Part shown: positions 54,401-58,768 of the stretch, piece after piece
Numbering within the stretch: the first letter of the stretch is position 1
Layout: the number at the start of each line of letters is the position of its first letter
DNA from: an uncultured Clostridia bacterium
Lineage (GTDB): Bacteria; Bacillota; Clostridia; Peptostreptococcales; Anaerovoracaceae
Assembly: GCA_934277695.1 (NCBI GenBank)
Contig: CAKQVG010000003.1
Location: forward strand, 109,496-173,495
Reading direction: 5' to 3'
DNA length: 64,000 nucleotides
The notes under the pieces: generated by a model
Database searches by the model: none
Told to the model about the DNA's origin: nothing
Seen by the model: the letters and a program-made list of their open reading frames with translations, nothing else
Position numbers and translations under genes: made by a program

Positions 54401-54999
54401 AAAGTGCCGCCGACTTTCGTTTCAGTCATGTAGATTCCTGCGGTTGTGATTGTAATGTCATCTTTGGTAATCGTCGCTTCAAGTGGTTTTTCTTCCGAAA
54501 CTTCCGTAATTCCGTTCGGGAAAGATACCAAAAAGTCGTGTGATAACGAGCTTCCTGTTTTTAAATCAAATGTGAGGAAATAATCTTCGCCTTCCTTGAT
54601 AAGCGAAATCATGGTCTCGTTTTCAGAAATGCTTGTTACGCTACTGTCTTCAAAGTCATGTATATAACATTTTCTTTGTCCGTCCTCTTCTGCAAAAAGC
54701 GTTGCCGGAAGCTTGATTTTTACATTTGAAGTCGTTTGCCGGGTAGAAGCAATACTTGCTTCTAATCTGAAAATACCCGTCTTCCCCATTTCAATAATGG
54801 CTTTCCTTCCGTCGCCATCAAGATCGTCATCGGACGGTATACAAGTAGTGCCGTCCGCATCTACAGCATACATTGCAACATATACCCCTGTCTCGACAAC
54901 TTCATCATCTGCATATGTACTGATACTCAGTGAGCTCAGTACAAGAATGAAACTAATCACAATGGCGATTACTCGTGAAAGATTTTTGTTTGTCTTCAT
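39433..54999 (-). CDS. Giant (5188 aa) cell-wall-anchored multidomain surface protein / adhesin
   Basis: A single uninterrupted 15,567-nt ORF with a GGGAGAG RBS. It has an N-terminal signal peptide, repeated DUF11/TIGR01451-like segments, four CnaB-like domains and twenty Spy0128/FctA-like domains. The C-terminus carries TPKTG, a hydrophobic helix and a basic tail. Confidence 0.92.
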   Translation of the reverse strand: MKTNKNLSRVIAIVISFILVLSSLSISTYADDEVVETGVYVAMYAVDADGTTCIPSDDDLDGDGRKAIIEMGKTGIFRLEASIASTRQTTSNVKIKLPATLFAEEDGQRKCYIHDFEDSSVTSISENETMISLIKEGEDYFLTFDLKTGSSLSHDFLVSFPNGITEVSEEKPLEATITKDDITITTAGIYMTETKVGGTLKFVADFEWENVEVSTSQNNVNVKNNKVVNDIIYVISNKSLNQGTSNEIFTKEYSINERITLPQYVSYPTGDITIEGKDNGSVIKAGDTVIAEVDAMVSDATVAGNILQFKIKKSNEESVKAEVDDPQYKVTLKNILANIEGIKKHYEEKGAELAITNETEFIASSLFGEETRSEGNVKTIINDPQDSVSVSKRSSNPANVAPGEKISYTLIVTNDSEYPINRTLQFSDVLSGYLEYVDGSAKLQGYDINGTEKTTAVPDKAFKQDNGVWTLAYQAENVSIPKDKEVKLTFTVKIKDKNEKGQELKDETRIKNAATIKMGGKEYKTNEVTDVYYTGASVRQIEKSAYLIGDKPVADGNSVRYSITLTNDSGMPMDFTAVDTLPKYIDIDSVSSEARILYYDSQNVVRSSRNIIVSKRKDASGSNVLVFETQTLSKRSYHKAVISYTAKLTGIKEDGLKAGDTITNTVYINEDKEKRSAASVQVKDRKLAFKLKKEVKNTQSTPVGDGVYSIPYELDIQNIGDDYDFETDGEKIITDVMSGGLRPEKEDKESGTISGTYITGKTTCEISGEYEKDSKGNFVIKWKIKELRYATETSLFQTGKLSYVGYVSSAADALTVSNNAYIDGEYTSTTTGLVPDPSLTKIIYSINGQRTRGNTEKECEVNSGDKLVYEIKIKNSGNLSVYKANLIDRLPRAGQVNGNTYYSLYDKESNPSGNVKIISAKFTSGRKFNITPVLNPAQNFLRWGEVEVYANDTLTIMVEVDYPSSGDFENRFLGKREEGDDNNHVTLVYGEAGIAKTLEAEVKHNFERTELTISKKVTPNTALQAGDTATFTISDFGTSAAVSNYRLVDNLSGIYGLSEVKDIRTGAYTGIEKYKLVIVYDKTSNGKNLTKTFSFNNASQYKCTSSYILKDSNLVLSSNKSARPIAIRWEFEDGGDVASMEIKVNPKVTVTIPDQNRGGVGKNVATIYYDTYEAEAEAAIRTVGGQTLRKAAMVDGKAVDNEKNPLSVGDQVTFKIEYKNTGSEPTQIGTDNPIVDNMTTKGFKAGTYPISAVLLDASGDKAAVQGILKADGEESITVLQSEIDSNKAKKVSFTYFDESGNVFQIPSNHTLRITYALIVGERFAESQKDKNTGVIDESNWNQTHNNSTIIHNEASYQVGEDKISTETGYYYQKGKNRLNMQKSVLGFGSVYPKWNGLNSAGNIPTGYGAYTTTNQTGDDTTSGDLNVWESRAYNQWEDSKYRENVKFNFIYRQVDVVRYGITVINDESSNEDLVIKNIKDLFPQNALGYDSGSFLLSGSTEKEGYSANNYDLRPVKAMLRYGYNGLYDRNGISKCLNDPIEAYFAKLRDKYLSPEYCVDLKQTIAKKWWTDKIKFDRTYECFVNGEGGNIVLKPGEGLTFSYAVPIDRSGSDPYVWTNTAVLNIAATKDKSNPFEINDDITIKSRPADQNENAKRNEGECVKLSNTQFSSTVNIYPPESSLGITKTSSGKYQAAKYPDGFDEATLSTINTIDTADKEKAANDKVRAELSTSNKKVNFADVVEWKIEVQNGGIQRSDVRITDELPDPYKAITEENGKYVMQRYNAETDKWDDIAGTVETVTDAKKGKVQRVIADKVTLDANRTTTFRILARYDSNAFYRSKNYENSVKLEIIDASGNAGEIKTVISGNPVRDSKKRTVGITAKDYVYPSLGFETTSLKGVTNEASETAWGSDEANYVKAISTGDSAIYTLKVTNSSTSALSDFVLIDKLPQVGDTGTLETYAGRESEFSVNLADSPKVTVKKGDMDITSQAVISYKEAVADAAFTKNDWAGAGNDWTNEKQEGSNVIRINLSGVNVARGETITVTFDAKVGTDAAIGEIAWNSFGYAYKGTNTSQRLYAEPAKVGIKIYGKEISLKKKWEDITGYTRPALGGGVKIRVIGKTAEGQVGYEQVHSDIAWTESDDKTWTAKISGLPIRYEGKDLIYTAEEENSVTGYTIRLSDEGTDEEGNPLFTFVNTQKKEISGLKTWNDGKETHDVPQLKLLKYSGGGWVKVTDKTPTWTDVAIPSGQESDGIKHIQKYVFDDLPAIDENGLPILYKVEEVSVGGYKCEEDADVIGNFTNTLLTKLKVTKVWKDGDDANRPTSINIKLLADGVIERSDTLNALTGWKKEFGKLPVYNEDGSKIVYSIEESGNEKYKATTQVTETEGLVELTVTNTLAASVNISGQKYWYDGNNQYGSRPESIELKLLQNNKELRKITVKASENWMFTVKNLPRYDTDGREYIYTITETKVTKYTKGIIEETKKTEDKNGNQTLNFKISNTYNPPGSTSIKLEFAKQLKSEADELLSVNAGDFMFDVTYKNDEGAEITETVTNDADGKVSFTREGISKAGTYTFTITERTPSSIFITKDPATITATVEVTCPEEELIVGKVIYYMNGVNLEDGKVPTFVNKRTVPKAVTVNPKLKKLLIGGDISEGAFKFTIKNEAGTPQFEKTVTAGADGTIDFGEISFEKEGNYSYEIREAAGKDKNIKYDETPIKLSVLVTAKSGTELQADLRYIRNGEILTEAQPTITNIQYAEASAELSLFKHIEGSAGPVRANLFEFELYSADDKLLNTEKNDASGKVVFSNLDALRYNYADAGKTFTYKIKEKKGTLAGYGYSTEEITVTVTVSAGADNNLYTTVEYFNKNGEKLENPSITNTYTHPVSTTAELGVYKSYVEQTGGQEISKEITEGQFSFVLTQTDGGPMPAGTDEGNPTKKTVKTPAAAGGSTLVNFGDISYTEAGTYTYTIEETAGTDPTISYDTTPITATVVIGLDETTNTYTKTITYSREGEEPTGNLLTVTNKYTKPTPGSVHIVANKTYKNAKDGTTVAIGSDRFHLTLTAVGTAPMPAGAANGKLTLAVPAGSGMQSVDFGSISYSEAGEYRYTITEETVNDESVVIDRKTVNVTVTVAQNGTEMEATVSYDGAAAVPTFANLYKQPVTGTLQISKKFTGEGAPTTFLAGQYQFAISGDNLSGTASNDANGKVSFTLPTYTKAGTYTYEIRETAMTPEDVSISLSSEVIKATVTVSESANHVLSVSSIKYELNGEETSAPAITNTYTKPSPTEVVLEAEKSLRATSGDAPTLAAGAYSFEVKDADDKVVAEAKNAADGTITFPQIAINDAGTYTYTISEVIPDDKETGITYTTDKYKATVTAARKADTNELEITSVVYEKADGTAAGKASFVNTYTPPTGTQAGLAITKTLSGKTLSANQFSFVLKNTSAPQGVTLAADKTVKNAANGRVDFGQIGYEKEGTYEYTITEVKEGKAGYTYSDKTVNVTVVVTKEADNTLKADVSYKIDGAATSSPTLANTYTKPSPIQAELGVKKSYENADSGEAMAIAKDQFRFVLTAKNNAPMPEAAKGADTMTVTTNAAAGGKTDVLFESISYTEAGTYTYTIAEAAGTDPTISYDTTPITATVTVTLDEATNKYNASVSYSRNAKAQPELFTVTNTYTKPTPGAVKLVANKTYTNAATKETVAIGSDQFHLTLTAVDDAPMPKGAANDKLTLAVPAGSGTQSVDFGSIAYEDEGTYRYTITEEAVNDESVVIDSKTVNVTVSVVQNGTEMEATVSYDGAEEVPTFANLYKQPVTGTLQISKKFTGEGAPTTFLAGQYVFLISGNNWNGTASNDASGKITFNLPKFTEAGTYTYEIKEKGFVDGMEDPSITVNKTATITATVTVTESADHVLSISSIKYKLDGTETSAPAITNTYTKPSPTEVVLEAEKRLEATIGSVPTLAAGAYSFEVKDADGKVVSTAKNAKDGTITFPKITIKDAGTYTYTISEVIPANKETGITYSTDTYKVTVTAARKASENTLEITSIVYEKADGTAAGKASFVNTYTPPTGTQAEIEVSKELTGKVLTANMFSFTLTNTKVPAGETLAQPVTVKNDADGKVKFTLNYNKDVDADYEYEIREVNDGKAGYEYSGKVIKVTVHVGKNADNKLVTTVTYSMDGTETQDPTFVNTYTKPNPTEAELGVNKLYVNADGGAAMAIAEGQFSFVLTAKNNAPMPNGAVDGKKTVTTNAAASGKTDVLFGSISYTEAGTYTYTIAEEKGSNASISYDTTPITATVVIGLDETTNTYTKTITYSRDGEKSKVDGWLTVTNTYTLPSSTSLIPEVTKRLLDYTKEDYPKDRNFGNDVFTFNLYKSAANGIQGDLVETKTTSAKNVSEETIQFRTRSYTEDRELTEYYLIKEVKGNNPSITYDTEGILLTVKVEKVGNTLQATAIYTKAEKTGAEAKVIINTYTKPSEISVTPKVTKKLVNADGTARNLGDDIFTFELYEAKDENGTLAEDATPIETIKTTKEDVAQELLKFKPISYTKDIEPGDKVTKYYVIKEAQGDNISINYDTTAIVYKVVFEKDAKDNKLKATEAYTIGGNPTNNPTITNTYKTPTPAETALTVEKYFYDKTAKADKKFGREVFTFELFKAEDENGTLAEGATAIDTKQASGADISRQTLTFLTLRHEQDMKPGDSVTEYYLIREKAPTNPSIKCENPEVIAKVVYSKAKAAGAYSDAANKIDVSVSYKMKGETAFAEGQKTVTNLYTEPEPTSFTPEAAKKLTGRTLKDGEFTFELLDAEGNVIDTAVNDADGKIRFKELTFTEDADAKDYVYSVREVKGNLSAVIYDKSVYTIKIHVIKNAQNKIEITEVKYVKDEKDVDNITFSNTYSPSVPSVVVDITASKQFEGGVLNGKDFTFKLEPVNKTEGYVRTAYNEKDGSINFGKFIYFREGVYEYILSEVAGSDRNIGYDKAQIKVTVTVRQDRYKLVADVKYDKNGQETNVFVNKNGIDPDKTSVRLYAQKILQGGELEANDFTFRLTPLNGAPGKSQQVKNTAAGDVVFDSITFTEVGTYRYEIRELQMSSKKNISYDKQKVYATVRVYRDEYGQLLAEVSYTKNGAETNTFINKGRDDDGKPPVKPGDRDSDGKFPQRPDDGTPKTGDEMMFTLWMLICLGAGAGLFAASRKNHKE
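39523..39537 (-). other. Sortase recognition motif TPKTG within the C-terminal sorting signal
   Basis: GTPKTGD is followed by EMMFTLWMLICLGAGAGLFAA and RKNHKE-stop. This is the classical tripartite sorting-signal layout. Confidence 0.65.
42019..46356 (-). repeat. Intragenic tandem super-repeat: two full units of ~1.95 kb (five domains each) plus a partial third unit
   Basis: Unit A spans about 46356-44399, unit B about 44398-42442, and partial unit C 42441-42019. Equivalent positions are offset by exactly 1944 nt (for example KPTPG codons at 45921 and 43977; antisense ORFs 45448-45825 and 43504-43881 are near-identical). Confidence 0.85.
54910..54999 (-). other. Signal peptide of the giant surface protein
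   Basis: MKTNKNLSRVIAIVISFILVLSSLSISTYA/DD has a basic n-region, a hydrophobic core and an AxA-like cleavage site. Confidence 0.7.
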
Positions 55000-55053
55000 T
55001 TTTTCTCTCCCATCATACTCTTTTCAATTCTATCCTATAAATTACATTTTCGA

Positions 55054-55671
55054 TCATTCAAAAATTTGATTTTCGACTTGATCCTGAAGATAGGCTTGGC
55101 GTAAGCCGTTCTCCTCGGCATATTCACGGAATGTGTCCCCGTATGTTTCTTTAAAGCCTTCCTCGGTAAGCCCGTTAGCTTCCATGAGCTGTGCCAAATA
55201 TTGCTCGTACTCTGCATCCTCTACATGAATGTCTTCAAGTGCCGCAATTCGGTAGAGAACTAAAGTCTCCGCAATTTTATTCTTGCAAAAGTTCTCGGAA
55301 TTCTCATCAAATTGTACTCTTGTAATCGACATTTCCTTGTCCAAAAAATCATCCAAATTGTCATATCCGGAGTTTTTTGCCAGTTTCTCGTAATTTGCAA
55401 GGTTTTCTTTCTTCATCTTTTCAAGTTCCTTGTCCGGATACTTAAATATCTCGGAATATGCAACAATTTCATTCCATATTTCATCCTTTTCCTTGCCCTC
55501 TTCTCTGTCTGCCTGTATGATCGCCTTATAATCACATACTTGCACATATTCATCCGTGCTCGCATATGTTTCCCAGCCTCTTTTTGCTGTCAGTATCAAA
55601 TATGCGGCAATGCAGATGACTGTCAAAAGCAGTACTGCGGAAGTGACTTTTAATACCTTCTTGTCTTTCAT
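55054..55671 (-). CDS. Membrane-anchored protein with a trigger-factor C-terminal-like (chaperone arm) domain
   Basis: Start taken at MKDKKVLKV (ATG at 55669-55671, preceded by AAGGAAGAAAGAG). It has one N-terminal TM helix and then an Asp/Glu-rich helical domain resembling Trigger_C/SurA_N. The ORF-track start at 55749 has no RBS and would translate through the inverted-repeat hairpin. Confidence 0.6.
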   Translation of the reverse strand: MKDKKVLKVTSAVLLLTVICIAAYLILTAKRGWETYASTDEYVQVCDYKAIIQADREEGKEKDEIWNEIVAYSEIFKYPDKELEKMKKENLANYEKLAKNSGYDNLDDFLDKEMSITRVQFDENSENFCKNKIAETLVLYRIAALEDIHVEDAEYEQYLAQLMEANGLTEEGFKETYGDTFREYAEENGLRQAYLQDQVENQIFE

Positions 55672-55708
55672 ACTCTTTCTTCCTTTTTTACTTCTAAAAA
55701 TAATAACG

Positions 55709-55728
55709 GACAGAATCAATATTCTGTC
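55709..55728. repeat. Left inverted repeat (IR-L) GACAGAATCAATATTCTGTC
   Basis: It is the exact reverse complement of 56052-56071. Internally it consists of 8-nt inverted arms around the asymmetric centre CAAT. Confidence 0.95.
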
Positions 55729-55762
55729 TACTAGTGTAAAACTATCCACTTTAGCTTACTAA

Positions 55763-55791
55763 ACTATACACAAAACCATAGAAAAAATCAA
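55763..55791 (-). promoter_or_regulatory. Candidate sigmaA promoter inside the IR-bounded segment, pointing at the chaperone/adhesin genes (TTGATT-17 nt-TATAGT)
   Basis: On the minus strand the -35 element is at 55791-55786 and the -10 element at 55768-55763. Motif match only. Confidence 0.4.
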
Positions 55792-56051
55792 TAGTTTTTG
55801 GTAATTTTGTTCAAATAATGTTTAAATTTACCTCACCGTTTGCACAAAAAAGAGGCTGAAGGATCGTTTGTACATACTCAAGGAAAGAATCACGGCAACA
55901 CAAAAAAGCCAATCAAAGGGAATTTGCATTGGTTTGTGTTTTATATGCAAAAAAATCCAATGTTTTACCGACGTTCTTGCAAAATTCATGTCAATCCGCG
56001 TTTTTGGGCTTTCTATTCCGATTAATGATTTGAGCAGTTTCAAGTTTAAGG

Positions 56052-56071
56052 GACAGAATATTGATTCTGTC
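56052..56071. repeat. Right inverted repeat (IR-R) GACAGAATATTGATTCTGTC
   Basis: It is the exact reverse complement of IR-L. It is followed on the plus strand by T7, so it also looks like an intrinsic terminator for rightward transcription. It lies 30 nt from the recombinase stop codon. Confidence 0.95.
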
Positions 56072-56101
56072 TTTTTTTGCGCTTTGTTTGGATGCAAGCC
56101 G

Positions 56102-56923
56102 TCAGCAAATTAATCTCAGTTTTTCGAGTTTGCGTCTGTGCTCCTGCCCTGTCTCGCGCAGATAGATGCGTGTCGTTTCGATGCTGCTGTGTCCCAGCAC
56201 GTCCGCAAGTTCGGCAATGTTTCCGCTGACTTTGAAGAACATTCTTGCAAACAGATGACGCAGGTTGTGCGGAAAGACCTTATCCGCTTCCACCCCGGCA
56301 GTTTTACACAGCCGTTTCATCTCCGCCCAGATTTGCTTTCGCCCGATGGGTGTTCCGCATCTTGTTTTAAAAATAATTCCTGATAGAATTTTATTTTGTT
56401 TGATGTACTTTTTCAGTTTTTTGCATAGTCTGTTCGGAAGCAGAATCAGCCTGTCTTTTCCCTTTAAGCGGATGTGCAGGCTGCCGCACAGCACACTCTC
56501 GACGGTCACATATTGAAGTTCCGATATGCGCATGCCGGTTGAACCTATCGTCTCCATAATCATTGCCAAACGCTCCCTGCCTTCTGCGCGTGCCGTATGG
56601 ATGAGTTTCTCATATTCGGCTTTCGTCAGCTGGCGTTCCGCCTTTATGAAGTTGCTTCTCTGTGTCCTTACATACTTGAGGCGGTACTCGGGTTTTTGCA
56701 TAAAGTCTGCATAAGCATTCATGGCTGCAAGTGCCGCATTAATTGTTGCGGCTGCGTAGTTTTGCGACAGCAGATAATCTTTCCATCCACATAACTTTTC
56801 TTTTGTGAACGCAGCGTCTTCTTCCTCTGCCCATTTTTGAAACGCTGAGACATCGTGTACATACTTTTCGATCGTTGCAGGGCTGAGTTCCTTTTCCTTT
56901 AGGTAAATTCTGAATTGTTTCAT
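56102..56923 (-). CDS. Tyrosine-type site-specific recombinase/integrase
   Basis: A 273-aa ORF with an N-terminal SAM-like core-binding domain. The catalytic signature is GMRISEL (Arg), HNLRHLF (HxxR) and GHSSIETTRIYL (His...Tyr). Confidence 0.9.
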   Translation of the reverse strand: MKQFRIYLKEKELSPATIEKYVHDVSAFQKWAEEEDAAFTKEKLCGWKDYLLSQNYAAATINAALAAMNAYADFMQKPEYRLKYVRTQRSNFIKAERQLTKAEYEKLIHTARAEGRERLAMIMETIGSTGMRISELQYVTVESVLCGSLHIRLKGKDRLILLPNRLCKKLKKYIKQNKILSGIIFKTRCGTPIGRKQIWAEMKRLCKTAGVEADKVFPHNLRHLFARMFFKVSGNIAELADVLGHSSIETTRIYLRETGQEHRRKLEKLRLIC

Positions 56924-56960
56924 TTTTTCACCCCCTTGATTATTCTTTGCAATAAAAAAA

Positions 56961-56993
56961 GCATTCCAGGTTATTAATTTTAACCTTAAATGC
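56961..56993. terminator. Bidirectional intrinsic terminator between the Rpn fragment and the recombinase gene
   Basis: An interrupted hairpin GCATT..AGGTTA/TAACCT..AATGC is flanked by A7 (56954-56960) and T7 (56994-57000). Confidence 0.6.
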
Positions 56994-57043
56994 TTTTTTT
57001 ATTGATATTTGTCTGATATTTGAGGAGTTTCCCTGTCTTTCTT

Positions 57044-57298
57044 TTAAAGCTCGGCGATTTCCTCTTCGCTGAGTCCGGTGTTCTTCGCAATCACGTCAAT
57101 CGGGATGCCGGATTCTCGTAGGCTCTTGGCAATTTCGCATTGCTTCTGCATCGCACCACGTTCAGCACCGGCGCGTTCGCCTTTGGTGAAGCCGGCACGT
57201 TCGCCTTCCTCGTAGCCGTCCAGTCTCGATATTTCAAGATCTTCTTCTCTTGTTAATTCTTTGAATAACATCTCTACAATCTCCGTTCCTTGTTTCAT
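57044..57298 (-). pseudogene. 3' fragment of an Rpn/PD-(D/E)XK putative transposase gene
   Basis: Bases 57064-57289 duplicate 57595-57796, which is the C-terminal coding part of the neighbouring intact gene, at high identity. The fragment also has a 24-nt internal duplication (GERAGFTKGERAG). The N-terminal nuclease domain is missing. Confidence 0.7.
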
Positions 57299-57490
57299 TC
57301 GGGCTGGAATTTTCTGGGTTCATGCGGTTTTTACATTTTTTTGCCCTTTTTGACCCATTTAATATAACAAATCCGCCTTCTGAGGCGGTTTTACCGCTCA
57401 TTTCACCCATAATCCTCATGTTTCGGCTCTTTGGGGTGGGCTGGGCGAAGAACCCGAATACAATATGTAGTGTCCATCTTCGCTTGTATA

Positions 57491-58474
57491 CTATATGTCG
57501 GAAGTCTCCAAAGAGCATCTTACATTTTTGCCTTCAAAACGGCATTTTAATGTAATTATGGGCTGCACGGGCAGTCCGTGCAGCTCGATTTCTGCTTCGC
57601 TGAGTCCGGTGTTCTTCGCAATCACGTCAATCGGGATGCCGGATTCTCGTAGGCTCTTGGCAATTTCGCATTGCTTCTGCTTCGCACCACGTTCAGCGCC
57701 GGCGCGTTCGCCTTCCTCGTAGCCGTCCAGTCTCGATATTTCAAGATCTTCTTCTCTTGTCAGTTCTTTGAATAACATCTCTACAATCTCCGTTCCGTAC
57801 TTATCCAGGAATTCCGTGAGAATGCCTTCCTTCTTGCATTTGTCAAGGACTTCGACAATCACATCGTTTGTCAGTTCGCTGTCCTCTTTGTAGCTTCGCA
57901 TGATTTCCACGAAGCGGCTGTACTGCCTAAGCGTCTCACATCTTCCAAGGATTTCTGAGTTTTTCTCTGTATTGATATTATACACCTTAACGATGAGTTG
58001 TAAAGCATCCTCTTCGTCTTTTTGCTTCTCCCCGAGAAAGGAATCCGAGAGGCGCAGTTCCCGGTAGGCAGGAAAATCCTTCGTGCCGTTGTAAAGTACC
58101 ACGAAGGAGGGACGTGGTATCATCAGGCGTTTCTCGCGGTAAAGCCGGGTTGTATCAATCATGCGTTTTAGGACGGTGGAGATGTACATGAGGTCCCTAA
58201 GCGGCATGTTTTCGTTGATGCTTGACTGGTGCTCGACGAGCACCACAAATCGGCCGCCCAGGACAAAGGCAAGATCATTCTTTAGCGTGCGGAAGAGGAC
58301 ATCTTTGATTGTGACGATGTCAATCGGCGCGCTTTCATCATAGTTTGCATCAAAGAGGGCGTTGTAGAGTTCAATCAGTTTCGACTTGTCGTGAAAGATT
58401 GTGACAAAGACGGAATCCTTGTAGGTTCGTTTGACTTCCTGCGCTTGCGTCTGCCCTTGTGCTTGTTTATTCAT
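57491..58474 (-). CDS. Rpn-family recombination-promoting nuclease / putative transposase (PD-(D/E)XK)
   Basis: A 327-aa ORF with YKDSVFVTIFHDKSKLIELYNAL and FVVLVEHQSSINENMPLR, which are typical of this family. The C-terminus appears extended by about 35 aa through a hairpin sequence when compared with the fragment copy. Confidence 0.82.
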   Translation of the reverse strand: MNKQAQGQTQAQEVKRTYKDSVFVTIFHDKSKLIELYNALFDANYDESAPIDIVTIKDVLFRTLKNDLAFVLGGRFVVLVEHQSSINENMPLRDLMYISTVLKRMIDTTRLYREKRLMIPRPSFVVLYNGTKDFPAYRELRLSDSFLGEKQKDEEDALQLIVKVYNINTEKNSEILGRCETLRQYSRFVEIMRSYKEDSELTNDVIVEVLDKCKKEGILTEFLDKYGTEIVEMLFKELTREEDLEISRLDGYEEGERAGAERGAKQKQCEIAKSLRESGIPIDVIAKNTGLSEAEIELHGLPVQPIITLKCRFEGKNVRCSLETSDI

Positions 58475-58633
58475 ATTCTTTGTTCTCCTTTTCGTTCATA
58501 GGAGAATAGTACTATTCTTTGTAATTATTTTACATCTAATCCCATATATTGTCAATACATATTTTTACAATTCATCCTCCAATTTGTTTCAAATGTTTAT
58601 TTTTTGTATTTGTCAAAAAAATATCAAAATAAT

Positions 58634-58655
58634 CATTGACAATCTTTTGTCAATG
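58634..58655 (+). promoter_or_regulatory. Perfect palindrome CATTGACAA-TCTT-TTGTCAATG overlapping a TTGACA -35 element: candidate operator/promoter of the CAP-domain gene
   Basis: 9-nt inverted arms. TTGACA at 58636-58641 is followed by 17 nt and then TATTTT (58659-58664). Further TTGTCAA half-sites lie at 58549-58556 and 58610-58616. Confidence 0.4.
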
Positions 58656-58768
58656 TTGTATTTTTTAAGTACAAGAATTCTTATTTTCGATATCGACTTT
58701 TGCACGCTTGATGAAGTGGGCGTTTGTGAACTTTAGTGTGTTAAATTAAGAAAGTAATAGGTGGAAAT

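Noticed and set aside
55672-55749. An N-terminal extension of the chaperone-like ORF (track start 55749, MDSFTLVDRILILSVIIF...).
   Set aside because: It would need a GTG start without an RBS, only 14 nt downstream of the candidate -10 box, and it would translate through the IR-L hairpin. The internal ATG at 55671 has a purine-rich RBS and gives a normal signal-anchor N-terminus.
55672-56101. A c-di-GMP (GEMM-I/II) or other riboswitch in the leader of the adhesin operon, as is known for some clostridial adhesins.
   Set aside because: I looked on both strands for the conserved GEMM cores (for example ACGCAAAGC with GGCAAACC/GAAA tetraloop-receptor elements). None is present.
55828-56113. Small ORFs inside the IR-bounded segment (89 aa on the minus strand, 61 and 81 aa on the plus strand).
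   Set aside because: They have no RBS, overlap one another, have AT-rich low-complexity products, and one runs into the recombinase gene on the opposite strand.
57299-57490. A possible small RNA or mobile-element end between the Rpn fragment and the intact Rpn gene, including the hairpin CCGCC-TTCTGA-GGCGG followed by TTTT at about 57376-57395.
   Set aside because: Only a generic terminator-like hairpin is discernible. There are no recognisable RNA family features or terminal repeats, so I treat it as a rearrangement scar.
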